This document shows, piece by piece, positions 9,639 to 19,667 of a stretch of 64,000 nucleotides of DNA. The stretch is taken from contig OZ219874.1 of assembly GCA_964291495.2 (NCBI GenBank), positions 1 to 64,000 of the forward strand, in the 5' to 3' direction. Below the pieces are notes generated by a model. It saw nothing but the letters and a program-made list of their open reading frames with translations, was not told the DNA's origin and did no database searches. Within the stretch, counting starts at the first letter, position 1; each line of letters opens with the position of its first letter. Source of the DNA: Dehalococcoidia bacterium. GTDB taxonomy: Bacteria; Chloroflexota; Dehalococcoidia; UBA2979. Position numbers and translations under genes: made by a program.

Positions 9639-10868
9639 TCAGGATCGAGGCAGTCCGAGGCCCCGCGTGGCGATGATATTGCGCTGGATCTCGGAGGTGC
9701 CGCCGCCGATCGTGGCGGCCACGCAACCGACGTACCCGCGGGACCAGCGAGCACGCAGCGGGGCTCGAGGATCATCCGTATCCCAGAGCTGCCCGTAGAG
9801 CCCGAGCGTCTTCATCGCCGTGCGCGCGATCTGCTGCACCAGCACGTCCGTGAACAGCTTCTGCATCGACGCCTCGTAGTTGGGGATGCCGCCGCGCAGT
9901 TGCATCGAGATCACGCGATAGGAGAAGAGCCGCGCGAGGTGCCCCTCCACGTAGCGGTCGGCGATCTCGCCCCGCAGGGTAGGTGTGCGGTCGGCGCGGG
10001 CACGCGCGGCGGCGCCGGCCGGCGCCTCCTCCTCGATCTGCCGCCGGAGGTCGTCCAGCGTGAGCAGGATGTGCACGCCCGAGCCGATCGAGGAGCGCTC
10101 GAAGTCGAGGTGAGTGGCGCCGACGTACCAACCGCGGTTGACCTCGCCCACGACGTTCTCCGCGGGCACGCGTGCGTCCTCGAAGAAGACCTCGTTGAAC
10201 TCCCGGTTGCCGTTGATCTGCTCCATCGTGCGGATGCCGATGCCGGGCGTGTCCATCGGCAGCAGCAGGTAGGTGATGCCGCGGTGCTTGGGCGCGTCCG
10301 GGTCCGTGCGGAAGAGCCCGAACAGCCACTTCGCCTCGTGAGCGAACGAGGTCCAGATCTTCTGCCCGTTCAGCACGAAGTCGTCGCCGTCGCGGTCCGC
10401 CCGCGTCTGCAGCGAGGCGAGGTCGGAGCCGGCGCCGGGCTCGGAGTAGCCCTGCGCCCAGCGATCCTCGCCGCGCATCAGTCCCGGCAGGAAGCGCTGC
10501 TTCATCTCCTCCGACCCGTGTACGAGGATCGTCGCGCCCACGAGGTCCGGCACGCCGCCGCCGCCCGGGGCGCGGAAGTCGGCCAGCACCTCGTTGAGGA
10601 TGAACTGCTGCTCCGTGGAGAGGTCGGCGCCGCCGTACTCCTTCGGCCAGCCGGGCGCGGTCCAGCCGCGCTCGATCAGCGCGCGGCGGAACTGCTTGAC
10701 CAGCGCCTGGTGCTCCTCGTCGTCCGGCCAGACCGAGGCCGAGCCCGGGCCACCGAGGCCGCTGTACCGCGCGTCGTCGCGCAGCTTCGCCGGCAGGTGT
10801 GCGTCGACGTATTCGGAGACCTCGCGCCGCCAGGTCGCCTGCTCGGGGCTGTCCGCGAAGTCGACCAT
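9639..10868 (-). CDS. Acyl-CoA dehydrogenase (FadE-like)
   Basis: Motifs WAQGYSEPGAGSDLASL, LNGQKIWTS, FNEVFF and TIGGGTSEIQRNII. Start ATG 10868 follows an AAGGAGG RBS. Confidence 0.93.
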   Translation of the reverse strand: MVDFADSPEQATWRREVSEYVDAHLPAKLRDDARYSGLGGPGSASVWPDDEEHQALVKQFRRALIERGWTAPGWPKEYGGADLSTEQQFILNEVLADFRAPGGGGVPDLVGATILVHGSEEMKQRFLPGLMRGEDRWAQGYSEPGAGSDLASLQTRADRDGDDFVLNGQKIWTSFAHEAKWLFGLFRTDPDAPKHRGITYLLLPMDTPGIGIRTMEQINGNREFNEVFFEDARVPAENVVGEVNRGWYVGATHLDFERSSIGSGVHILLTLDDLRRQIEEEAPAGAAARARADRTPTLRGEIADRYVEGHLARLFSYRVISMQLRGGIPNYEASMQKLFTDVLVQQIARTAMKTLGLYGQLWDTDDPRAPLRARWSRGYVGCVAATIGGGTSEIQRNIIATRGLGLPRS

Positions 10869-10950
10869 CGCGCCCTCCTTGAGGCTCGGCCCGCCGTCCG
10901 CGAATGCATTATGCCCGTTGTTGCACCGCGAGGGTGCGCTGGCTCGCGCG

Positions 10951-11904
10951 CTAGTACGCGCCTTGCGCCTCGAAGAAGCGGCGAGGGTTCTCGACCATGA
11001 TCGTGTGCTGCTGCTCCTCGCTGACACCGAGCGCGGAGAGGGCAGGGAGGACCTTGTGCGAGATGGTGAGGAAGTTCCAGTCCTCGGCGATTGCGCCCTC
11101 CCGCTCCTCGCGCGGCATCGTGTCCAGGTAGCTGCTCGCGTCGTGCGAGAGCGCGAGCTGCGAGGCGAAGCCGAGCCTGCACAGCTCGGCCGTGGTCGCG
11201 ATCCGGTCCTCGAGACTGACGATCGGCAGCCCGAAGCGGTCGAGGCCGATCGTGCTGCCGCGCTCCATGAGGCCGACGAGGTAGTCGATGTCCGTGGTGT
11301 CGCCGACGTGGCCGATCAGCACGCGGCTCAGATCGACGCCTTCCTCCTCGAACAGGTCTTGCTGATCGCGCCCCGTCTCATGGCGCGCGCTGGAGTGCGT
11401 GATGATCGGGACGCCGGTCCGGCGGTGCGCCCTCGCCGCGGCGCGTAGCTGCACCGCGTTCGGCCGCGTCACGGCGTGGTCGGTCGCGACCTTGATCGCG
11501 CCCGCGCGGATGCCCGTGCCGGCGATGCCTTCCTCGATGTCATGGACCCAGAGCGGCGCGATGGCGTCGGGATCGCGCAGGTTCAGGTACATCGGCGGGT
11601 GCGAGTGGATGCCGGTGGCGACGATGATCTGGATAGGCGAGCGCGCGGCGACCTCGCGCACGAACTCGATGTCACGTCCGAGGTCCACCGTCGTCAGGTC
11701 GACCATCGTGCGCACGCCGGCCTCGTACGCCTCCTCGAGCAGCGCGACGGCATGGTCGATCTCGTTCGCGCGGTCGTAGTTGGGGAAGAGGTGCGGCCAG
11801 TTCGCGCGGACGTTCGGCGACTCCACCTTGATGTGCTCGTGCATCAGCGTGAACCCGAGCTCGCTCGTGTCGATCTCTCCTCGCACGGTCGGGATCGTCG
11901 CCAT
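10951..11904 (-). CDS. Phosphotriesterase-related amidohydrolase
   Basis: Motifs GFTLMHEH, DLGRD, IKVA, TGVPIITH, IGH, LDRFG and LSHD. Start ATG 11904. Confidence 0.9.
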   Translation of the reverse strand: MATIPTVRGEIDTSELGFTLMHEHIKVESPNVRANWPHLFPNYDRANEIDHAVALLEEAYEAGVRTMVDLTTVDLGRDIEFVREVAARSPIQIIVATGIHSHPPMYLNLRDPDAIAPLWVHDIEEGIAGTGIRAGAIKVATDHAVTRPNAVQLRAAARAHRRTGVPIITHSSARHETGRDQQDLFEEEGVDLSRVLIGHVGDTTDIDYLVGLMERGSTIGLDRFGLPIVSLEDRIATTAELCRLGFASQLALSHDASSYLDTMPREEREGAIAEDWNFLTISHKVLPALSALGVSEEQQHTIMVENPRRFFEAQGAY

Positions 11905-12087
11905 CGTGCTCCCCCTCGACCCTCCGGCGGCATTGGGCGGCGCGCGGAAGCCGGGCGACGATAGCACGCGGGGGGAGGCCAGCCGGCGCGGCATATGGTT
12001 ACATAACGTGATAGCGCTGTCAGTACCGGGGCGCCTTCGTATGATGGCGTCGAGGAACGGGCAACGCCCGCTGCGAGAGGGGATAGC

Positions 12088-12339
12088 GTGGTCAAGGCCT
12101 ACGTGCTGATCGTCACGGACCCCGGGAGCACGCGGCACGTCACGGCCACGCTCGCGGCGCTGCCGCGCATCCACTCCGTCAGCGAGGTGATGGGGCCGTA
12201 CGACATCGTCGCGGAGATCGTGGCCGAGAACCTGACCGAGATCCCCCCGATCCTCTCCGGCGAAATCCGCACCATCGAGGGCATCCAGTCCACAACCTCG
12301 CTCGTCGCGTTCCCCAGCGACAACCCGCAGTCCGGCTAA
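12088..12339 (+). CDS. Lrp/AsnC ligand-binding domain protein
   Basis: KAYVLI...VMGPYDIVAEI...IEGIQSTTSL. Confidence 0.85.
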   Translation: MVKAYVLIVTDPGSTRHVTATLAALPRIHSVSEVMGPYDIVAEIVAENLTEIPPILSGEIRTIEGIQSTTSLVAFPSDNPQSG

Positions 12340-12367
12340 GCTGACCCCAAGCCGGAGGAGGCAGCCG

Positions 12368-12850
12368 ATGGCGATCACCCTCGAGGCCGGAGACCGCGCG
12401 CCGGCGTTCACGCTGCCGGACCAGGACGGCGAGACGCATCGCCTGAGCGACTACCGCGGGCAGACGGTCGTGCTCTACTTCTACCCGCGCGACTTCACGC
12501 CGGGCTGCACGACCCAGGCCTGCTCCTTCCGCGACACCAACGATGACATCGCCGCCGAGGGCGCCGTGATCCTCGGCGTCTCCACCGACGACGCGGAGAC
12601 GCATCGGCGCTTCCGCGAGGAGCACGGCCTGCGCTTCCCGCTGCTCTCCGACGAAGGCGCGAAGGTCTCGACGCGCTACGGCTCGTGGGGAGAGAAGACA
12701 CTCTACGGCCGCAAGAGCATCGGTATGACGCGATCGACGTTCATCGTCGGACCGGACGGCAAGCTGGTGCGCGTCTGGAAGCGCGCCCGCGCCGCCGACC
12801 ACGGCGAGACGGTCCTTATGGCGCTGCGTGACCTCGCCGCTCGCTCGTAG
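12368..12850 (+). CDS. bcp: Peroxiredoxin Bcp
   Basis: APAFTLPDQDG and VVLYFYPRDFTPGCTTQAC. GGAGG RBS. Confidence 0.93.
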   Translation: MAITLEAGDRAPAFTLPDQDGETHRLSDYRGQTVVLYFYPRDFTPGCTTQACSFRDTNDDIAAEGAVILGVSTDDAETHRRFREEHGLRFPLLSDEGAKVSTRYGSWGEKTLYGRKSIGMTRSTFIVGPDGKLVRVWKRARAADHGETVLMALRDLAARS

Positions 12851-13294
12851 CCGCGCGGGGATTGCGTCGCAAGTTACATAACTCCTGCTTTCGCCGACTG
12901 TTGCCTCGCTCGCCGTGCGAGGTCGCCCTCCGGCGGGGGCAGCGCGACCGGCCGAGCCGCTCCCCGGCGCTCTGCCGCCGTGACTCCCATACCTGCGGCA
13001 GGCTCCTCGCGGGTTCCGAGGCGGCGCGACGCCGTCGTGAACCCGCGCGGCGCAGTCCGTGCACGATCACGCGCGGCCGGTCTGTCGCGTGAGGCGCCGC
13101 TTCTCGATGCGCCGGCCTTGCGGGGAGGTTCGGGAGGGCCTCGAGCGGTGAATCGCGCGACTTCCACCGGATCACGCCACTTTACTTCGCCCTATCGTCG
13201 TTATGTCTGCGTGACCAGCTGGGTTTCAGGGCGTTTTCTGGCGCGGTGATAGACTCGATTGACGCTACAGTTGGGAGGCTGGGGGAAGACCACC

Positions 13295-14593
13295 ATGAGC
13301 TCGAACCCTGGCCGCAACGCTCTCGCCTCGGCGGTCCTCGCATTGATCGGCGCTCTCCTCATCGCAGCAGGCTTCCTCGGCGCCGTGATTGTCCTCGCCG
13401 GTAACGAGGCGGATGCGGTCCCCGCCAGCGTCGCCGATGTTGCAAGCCAGCCGACGCCCGCGACGCGCGTCGCACCGATCGCAACCCCCGCCGAGGGCGA
13501 TGCGATCGACTCTCGAGTCATCGCCGAGATCCTCCAGATCCTGAAGAACGAGTTCGTCGATCCCGGCCGCATTGACTTGCCCTACCTTTTTGAGGGCGCG
13601 ATCCACGGAGTCTTGGCCAGGCTCGACGATCCGCACACCCTGTACCTCGACCCCGAGACCTTCGCTGTCGCGAGCAGTGACTTGCGGGGCGCGTTCGAGG
13701 GCATCGGCGCCACCATCGGGCAGCAGAACGGTTATGTCGTGATCGTTCGGCCGCTGCCCGGCACGCCGGCCGAGCACGCCGGTGTCGGCCCCGGCGACAT
13801 CATCCTCGAGGTTGACGGAGAGTCGACAGCGGGCTGGAGCGTGAACGAAGCCGCGCTGCACATCCGCGGAGAGATCGGTAGCAGCGTCGAACTCCTGATC
13901 CGCCGCAGCGACGGTAGCGAAGAACTGATCTCAGTCACCCGCGACGAGGTCCTCGTGGCGTCCGTAGGCACCTCCCCGCCCGGCGGAGTATTCCGGGACG
14001 GCGACGCCAACAAGGTCGTCGACCTCGCCTACATTCGCATCGAGACCTTCACGGCACGCACGCCGACCGAACTGCGCCGCGCGATCGAGCAGGCCGGTGA
14101 CGTCGGCGGCCTCATCCTCGACCTGCGTGGTAACCCGGGCGGCCTCCTGGCAGAGACGGTCGCGGCGGCAGACCTGTTCCTCGAGGGTGGGACGATCCTG
14201 GTGCAGGTCGACCGTGGGGGGAACGAGTACGTCTTCAGAGCGCGGCCGCGCACCCTCACGGAATTGCCGCTCGTCGTCCTGCAGGACGAGTTCTCCGCCT
14301 CCGGCTCCGAGCTGCTGGCGGCGGCCTTGCAGGAAAACGGCCGCGCGATCGTGGTCGGCGCGCGCTCCTTCGGCAAGGGCACGGTCAGTCAGCCGTTCGA
14401 GCTCAGTAACGGCGGCGCCCTGTACGTGTCGACAGCCCGCTGGCTCACGCCCGCCCGCAACCTCATCGAGGGTCGCGGCGTGCTGCCCGACATCGAAGTC
14501 GAGCTGACCGTCGCGGACTTCGAGGAGCGGCGTGATGTCGCGCTGCACCGCGCGATCGACGCGCTCCGCGCGCGGGTCCCAACCGCCCTCTAG
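13295..14593 (+). CDS. S41 C-terminal processing protease (CtpA-like), paralog 1
   Basis: N-terminal TM helix, a PDZ domain (FEGIGA), DLRGNPGG, SASGSE and SFGKG. Confidence 0.9.
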   Translation: MSSNPGRNALASAVLALIGALLIAAGFLGAVIVLAGNEADAVPASVADVASQPTPATRVAPIATPAEGDAIDSRVIAEILQILKNEFVDPGRIDLPYLFEGAIHGVLARLDDPHTLYLDPETFAVASSDLRGAFEGIGATIGQQNGYVVIVRPLPGTPAEHAGVGPGDIILEVDGESTAGWSVNEAALHIRGEIGSSVELLIRRSDGSEELISVTRDEVLVASVGTSPPGGVFRDGDANKVVDLAYIRIETFTARTPTELRRAIEQAGDVGGLILDLRGNPGGLLAETVAAADLFLEGGTILVQVDRGGNEYVFRARPRTLTELPLVVLQDEFSASGSELLAAALQENGRAIVVGARSFGKGTVSQPFELSNGGALYVSTARWLTPARNLIEGRGVLPDIEVELTVADFEERRDVALHRAIDALRARVPTAL

Positions 14594-14765
14594 GTACGGA
14601 GCGCGGGCTCGCCTCGCCGATCCGGTCGACGCCGAATGGCTGGGTCTTTCCGGCTTCCGCTCATGCCCGGTCCGCGCGTGGAGGACCGCGGTTTAAGTCG
14701 GCGATACACAGCGCGGTGGTAGACTTGATGTCTGCCGAAGCCGACGCCAGCACGGGGAGCGCAGC

Positions 14766-16079
14766 ATGAACTCGAACGCGGCGCGTAACGCCCTCGTCGC
14801 CGTGCTCTCGGCGCTGATCGGCGTGCTCCTCATCGCCGCCGGGTTCCTCGCCGCCGTCATCGTCTTCGACGACGGTGACGAGGTCGCGGCCCCCGCTGCC
14901 GTCGCCGAGGTGACCGCCACGCCGGTGGCGGACCCCACCGAAGCGCCCGACACCGCCGCCGTCGAGGACGGCGGCACGATCCACCCCGGGATCTTCGAGG
15001 AGATCATCGACATCCTCCAGGAGGACTTCGTCGAGCCCGATCGCATCGACCGCCAGTACCTGTTCGAGGGCGCGATCGGCGGCATCTTCACCGCCCTCAA
15101 CGACCCCCACTCGACGTATATCGACCCGCGGACCTTCGCCGTCTCGCGGGGCGACTTCCGGGGCGCCTTCCAGGGCATCGGCGCGACGATCGCCCAGCAG
15201 GATAATTATGTCGTGATCGTCCGCCCGCTGCCCGGCACACCCGCCGAGCGCGCCGGCATCCAGCCCGGCGACGTCATCCTCGAGGTCGACGGCGAGTCGG
15301 CCGAGGGCTGGAGCGTGGAGAAGGCCGTGCTGCGCATCCGCGGCCGCACCGGCACCACCGTCGAGCTGCTGGTGCGGCACAGCGACGGCAGCGAGGAGCT
15401 GATCCCGATCACGCGCGACGAGATCCTCGTGGCCTCGGTCGGCACTGCGCCGCCGGGCGGCGTGCTCAAGGACAGCGACGACAACGAGGTCACGGACCTC
15501 GCCTACATCCGCATCAGCACCTTCACCGCGCGCACGCCCACCGAGTTGCGGCAGGCGATCGAGGCGGCCGGCGACGTCAAGGGGCTGGTCCTCGACGTGC
15601 GTAGCAACCCCGGCGGCCTGCTGGTGGAGACCGCGCAGGTGGCCGACATGTTCCTCGACGGCGGCACGATCCTCGTGCAGGTCGATCGCGAGGGGAACGA
15701 GCAAGTCTTCGACGCTCAGCCCGGCACGTTCAGCGACCTGCCGATCGCGATCCTGCAGGACGAGTTCTCTGCCTCCGGCTCCGAGCTGCTGGCGGCCGCG
15801 CTCCAGGAGAACGGCCGCGCGATCGTGGTGGGGGCGAACTCCTTCGGCAAGGGCACCGTCAGCCACGCCCGCGACCTCAGCAACGGCGGCGCCGTCTACG
15901 TCTCGATCGCCCGCTGGCTGACCCCCGATCGCAACCTCATCGAGGGTCGCGGCGTTATTCCCGACATCGAGGTCGAGCTGACCATCGAGGACATCGAGGA
16001 GCGGCGCGACGTTGCCCTGTTCCGGGCGATCGACGCACTGCGCGCGCAGGTCGAGTCGCAGAACTCAGCCAGCTCGTAG
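14766..16079 (+). CDS. S41 C-terminal processing protease (CtpA-like), paralog 2
   Basis: Same motifs as paralog 1 (DVRSNPGG, SASGSE, SFGKG) and collinear with it. Confidence 0.92.
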   Translation: MNSNAARNALVAVLSALIGVLLIAAGFLAAVIVFDDGDEVAAPAAVAEVTATPVADPTEAPDTAAVEDGGTIHPGIFEEIIDILQEDFVEPDRIDRQYLFEGAIGGIFTALNDPHSTYIDPRTFAVSRGDFRGAFQGIGATIAQQDNYVVIVRPLPGTPAERAGIQPGDVILEVDGESAEGWSVEKAVLRIRGRTGTTVELLVRHSDGSEELIPITRDEILVASVGTAPPGGVLKDSDDNEVTDLAYIRISTFTARTPTELRQAIEAAGDVKGLVLDVRSNPGGLLVETAQVADMFLDGGTILVQVDREGNEQVFDAQPGTFSDLPIAILQDEFSASGSELLAAALQENGRAIVVGANSFGKGTVSHARDLSNGGAVYVSIARWLTPDRNLIEGRGVIPDIEVELTIEDIEERRDVALFRAIDALRAQVESQNSASS

Positions 16080-16158
16080 GCTTATGTAACCTCAACCTCG
16101 CCCCTCCCCGACCCGGCGCAACGCCCGCGGGGTGCGGCGACGCCGGGAGAGCAGCGCC

Positions 16159-16647
16159 ATGGCGAAGCGATCACGCGGGCAACGGAAGGCACGCGACGGG
16201 GGCGCCGTCGCGACCAATCGCCGTGCCCGCTACGACTACGCGATCACACAGCACCTCGAGGCCGGCCTCGTGCTCACGGGCTCCGAGATCAAATCGATCC
16301 GCGCCGGCCAGGCGAACATCGCCGAGGGCTTCGGGCGCTTCCGGGACGGCGAGTTGTGGCTCTACAATGTACATATCGCTCCGTACGCCGCGGCCCGGGA
16401 GAACCACGAGCCAACGCGTCCGCGCAAGCTGCTGCTGCATCGCGGCGAGCTGAACCGGCTGGAGCGTGCGCTGCGCGAGCAGCCCGGCACGACGCTGGTC
16501 CCGCTGCGGCTCTACCTGACCCGCGGATTGGCCAAGGTCGAGATCGGGCTCGGTCGCGGCCGTCGCCGCTACGACAAGCGGCAGGCGATCGCGGCGCGCG
16601 AGGCCGAGCGGACGATGCAGCGGGCGCTGCGCAGGGACATGCGCTGA
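16159..16647 (+). CDS. smpB: SsrA-binding protein
   Basis: Motifs NRRARYDY, EAGLVLTGSEIKSIR, RKLLLHR and YDKRQAI. Directly upstream of the tmRNA. Confidence 0.97.
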   Translation: MAKRSRGQRKARDGGAVATNRRARYDYAITQHLEAGLVLTGSEIKSIRAGQANIAEGFGRFRDGELWLYNVHIAPYAAARENHEPTRPRKLLLHRGELNRLERALREQPGTTLVPLRLYLTRGLAKVEIGLGRGRRRYDKRQAIAAREAERTMQRALRRDMR

Positions 16648-16698
16648 GCCCTCGGCAGCGGAGGCAAGGCCGGACGCCGGGCGGCGCGACAGCAACGT

Positions 16699-17053
16699 GG
16701 GGACGATAGGAGTCGACAGGAGTCTACGGACACGGATTGCGGGCCGAGGCGCCACCACCCTCGTTAAACAGGTGGCAAACCGTAACTGGCGAACGAGAAC
16801 TCGCCCTCGCCGCCTAACCAGGCGGTGACGTCGCCCCCGGGCTCAGCCCGGCAGACCGGGAGGCGGCGACGTAACGCCGGGCTGCACCCGCGAAGGCGCG
16901 CCACAGGTCTCGCGGCCAAGATCACTGGGGCTGGCCGGCCCACCCCTCGTCGGTGAAGGCAGGCCGGTGAGATCTTCTCACCGACTACGCCCGTAGCAGA
17001 TTCGTGACGGACGCTCGCTGGACGGGGAGTTCGATTCTCCCCCGTCTCCACCA
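16699..17053 (+). ncRNA. ssrA: tmRNA
   Basis: Acceptor stem GGGGACG/CGTCTCC with a G3:U wobble, an ACCA end and T-arm GGGAGTTCGATTCTCCC. The tag frame GGC GAA CGA GAA CTC GCC CTC GCC GCC TAA (16788-16817) encodes (A)GERELALAA. Confidence 0.96.
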
Positions 17054-18710
17054 ACTCCGAACTCTCGGGACTTCCGATTACTTGGAGCTCGACCAGGACC
17101 GCCGAGCAATCGGCGGTCCTGGTGATCGCAACCTCGAGTAAGGTCCTGAAAGCGGGCACAGGCTGGATAGCGACGATGCGCTTGGATTCGGCATCGACGT
17201 AGGCGAACTCGATGAGCGACTCGATGAGTCGCCGCCGCTCGTCCGACGTCGCTCGTTCCCACATTGCGGAGAGGTCGCCGAGGAGCTCCGCCACATCGTC
17301 AATCTCGACCTGGGTTGTGTTCTGCGCGAGGCGGAGTTGATCGTCGATCGCCCTCAGCCGCGCCTCATACTCGTCTTCGTCGAAAGCCCCGTCGGCGTAC
17401 CCACGAACCAACCGCCGACGGCGATCCCGCAGCTCATCGAGTGATGGGCCCGCCTCCTTTGCCGTGAGTTGGGCGATGTGCTCCCTCCAGTCTTCCCGGA
17501 GTTCGAGCGACCGGAGAACGTCGGCAATCTGACCGTCGATAGACGACGAGACGAAGGCTCGACCGTTCGTTTCACACTCCCAGCCGTGACGCTCCCGGTA
17601 CATGGGATTCCCCACTCGGTTGCGGTCGGACTGCAGGCGATTCCTGCAACGGACACAGAGGAGCCTCCCGCTGAGCAAGCCGCGGGGCATTCCGACCGAT
17701 CGACGCCCTTGGCCACGCCGAACCCGGCGAGGCACTTGGACACGCTCGAACAGCTCCGACGTGACCAGCGCCTCGTGCTTCCCGGGGAATTCCTCACCCC
17801 GATACGTCACCACTCCGACGTAGAACCTGCACCTCAGCAGGTCCCTCACGCTGTGAGGCGTGAACATGCGGCCGCTGCGAGTGTTGAGCCCCTGGCTGTT
17901 GATCCAGCGAGCGATCTCGCCGTTCGGTCGCCGAGCTGCGCTCATCGCGAAGGCCGTGCGCACCGCGTCGGCTTCGGTAGGTTCGATGGATGCGACGCCT
18001 CCCGGCTCCAGGACCGTGTAGCCGAACGGCACCGGCCCGACGTTGAGGCCCTCCCGAGCCCGCTGATGCTGCCCCTTCGCGACATGCACGCCCAGTTGGT
18101 CACTGAAGAACTCGGATACGCCACCAATCACAGTGAGGAGGAGGCGTCCGCCAGGCGTCGAAAAGTCAACGTTCTCTGTCACGCTGACGAAGCCGACGCC
18201 TGCGGTACCCAAGCGCTGAAGCGCCTGGCTCTGGACACCGGTGTTGCGGGCCCAGCGGTCGACGGTATGGACGATGACAACATCGAAGCGCTTGAGCTCA
18301 GCATCATCGAGAAGGGCTCTCAATTGCGGCCGATTCTCGATACGGTCGCTATGGGCACTGACGCCATCATCGGCGTAGAGACGATCGAGGCTGTACCCGT
18401 TCCGCTCGCAGAAGCGCTCGATCTCAGCCCGCTGGGCGTCGAGGGAGTATCCCTGAGTCTGGTCCTCAGTTGAGACCCGGATGTACCCGACCGCGGTCCC
18501 CCTACTCCCCGGCGCGATCCGCGGCTGGCGCTCGTGAGCAGAGTGCGACTGCTGCGTCGGCGCCACTCCGTTGTCCTGGGGCGATTCGGCTTGGTTCGAG
18601 TCGGTTTCGCCCACCACTTCGAACCGCAGCTGTTCGGACTGCGTGTACTCTCGCGGAGCCTCAGGGGTGCGCGCCTCCTCGATCGTCCGCTCGGAGTCAA
18701 TCGTACTCAT
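16764..18710 (-). CDS. Large serine recombinase (integrase); its 3' end overlaps the tmRNA antisense
   Basis: Catalytic YIRVST motif, DRWARN, a recombinase domain (HEALVTSELFERVQ), a CVRC zinc ribbon and a coiled coil. An RBS (GGGAGG) precedes ATG 18710. Confidence 0.92.
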   Translation of the reverse strand: MSTIDSERTIEEARTPEAPREYTQSEQLRFEVVGETDSNQAESPQDNGVAPTQQSHSAHERQPRIAPGSRGTAVGYIRVSTEDQTQGYSLDAQRAEIERFCERNGYSLDRLYADDGVSAHSDRIENRPQLRALLDDAELKRFDVVIVHTVDRWARNTGVQSQALQRLGTAGVGFVSVTENVDFSTPGGRLLLTVIGGVSEFFSDQLGVHVAKGQHQRAREGLNVGPVPFGYTVLEPGGVASIEPTEADAVRTAFAMSAARRPNGEIARWINSQGLNTRSGRMFTPHSVRDLLRCRFYVGVVTYRGEEFPGKHEALVTSELFERVQVPRRVRRGQGRRSVGMPRGLLSGRLLCVRCRNRLQSDRNRVGNPMYRERHGWECETNGRAFVSSSIDGQIADVLRSLELREDWREHIAQLTAKEAGPSLDELRDRRRRLVRGYADGAFDEDEYEARLRAIDDQLRLAQNTTQVEIDDVAELLGDLSAMWERATSDERRRLIESLIEFAYVDAESKRIVAIQPVPAFRTLLEVAITRTADCSAVLVELQVIGSPESSELVETGENRTPRPASVRHESATGVVGEKISPACLHRRGVGRPAPVILAARPVARLRGCSPALRRRLPVCRAEPGGDVTAWLGGEGEFSFASYGLPPV

Positions 18711-19631
18711 ATCCGATACCTCCCTTCTTGGCCGATGGCCCGATATGTGACCCATCGGCTCGGGCTTGTTCATGTACTACATGGCCTCCCGGGAGCCGCG
18801 GCGGTTCCTCGCCATGACGAGGAACCGCCGCGGCTCAGCCATGCGGCTACCTGACTCGCTCCGCCCAGCGCCACACACGCCAGTCGCCTCGGCGTGCGCG
18901 TGCGCCTGGACGCTAGGCCGCCAAAGGGCGGGGCTCGTCGCTCTCGCGCGTGAGCTCTGGCTGCGTCGGAACTGCTTGCTGCTCAAGCGCGCGTCGTTTG
19001 AGGATGGCGAGGCTGACATCGGCCCACTCGGCCAGGAAATGTGCCAGTTGAGGGTCAATGTCACTGCGCCGCGGTCGTCGCTGGTTGCCGTCGGGCCTAG
19101 GCAGCCCGCTGCTCCGGCGCGACGTTCGGGCGCGCGCTCCCGCGCTCGCTCGCGCGATCTCGAACGACTATCTTCTTCTTGGTGGACATGGAGAACTACC
19201 TCCCTGTCTACTACGGGTAGCCCGGTGTTAGCGCGCCGGGCTGCCACTTTTTCGGGCTGGGTCGTCTCCTCTCGCCGGGCGCCGGGGCGGGTAGAAACAG
19301 AAGAGATGCTCCGTCCCGGCGAGTTCCCCGTCATAGCCTCGCGTTTCTCCTTTCGCGACTGTCGGCCCGCGTCAGGCCGACTTCCGGTGCACGCACTACC
19401 ATCGCAACCGCCCCAGCTTTGTGCGGATGTGCCGTAGTGGGAGCACTCCCTCCATCGCTCCCGGCGGTCTGACTTCCCTCTGCCACTCCGCCGATCGCGC
19501 TCTCTCGGCCGGGCGTGAGCCTGGCCACTCCGATGCCCGGGACCAGCGTTCGCAAAACGGGTACCGGGCCGTTCCCCATTCACTATAGCACATGAGATGC
19601 GCGTGTTGCTAGCCTATACGCAATGAACGCC

Positions 19632-19659
19632 TTGCATGCAAAATCTGGCCTGCTAGAAT
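19632..19659 (+). promoter_or_regulatory. Putative sigma70 promoter for the R-M operon (possibly leaderless)
   Basis: TTGCAT-16 nt-TAGAAT with an extended -10 TG. A GTG start lies 8 nt downstream. Confidence 0.5.
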
Positions 19660-19667
19660 GCCGAAGC

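Noticed and set aside
18777-19583. 268-aa ORF as a replication or mobilisation protein
   Set aside because: Low-complexity sequence with no recognisable motif; left uncalled.
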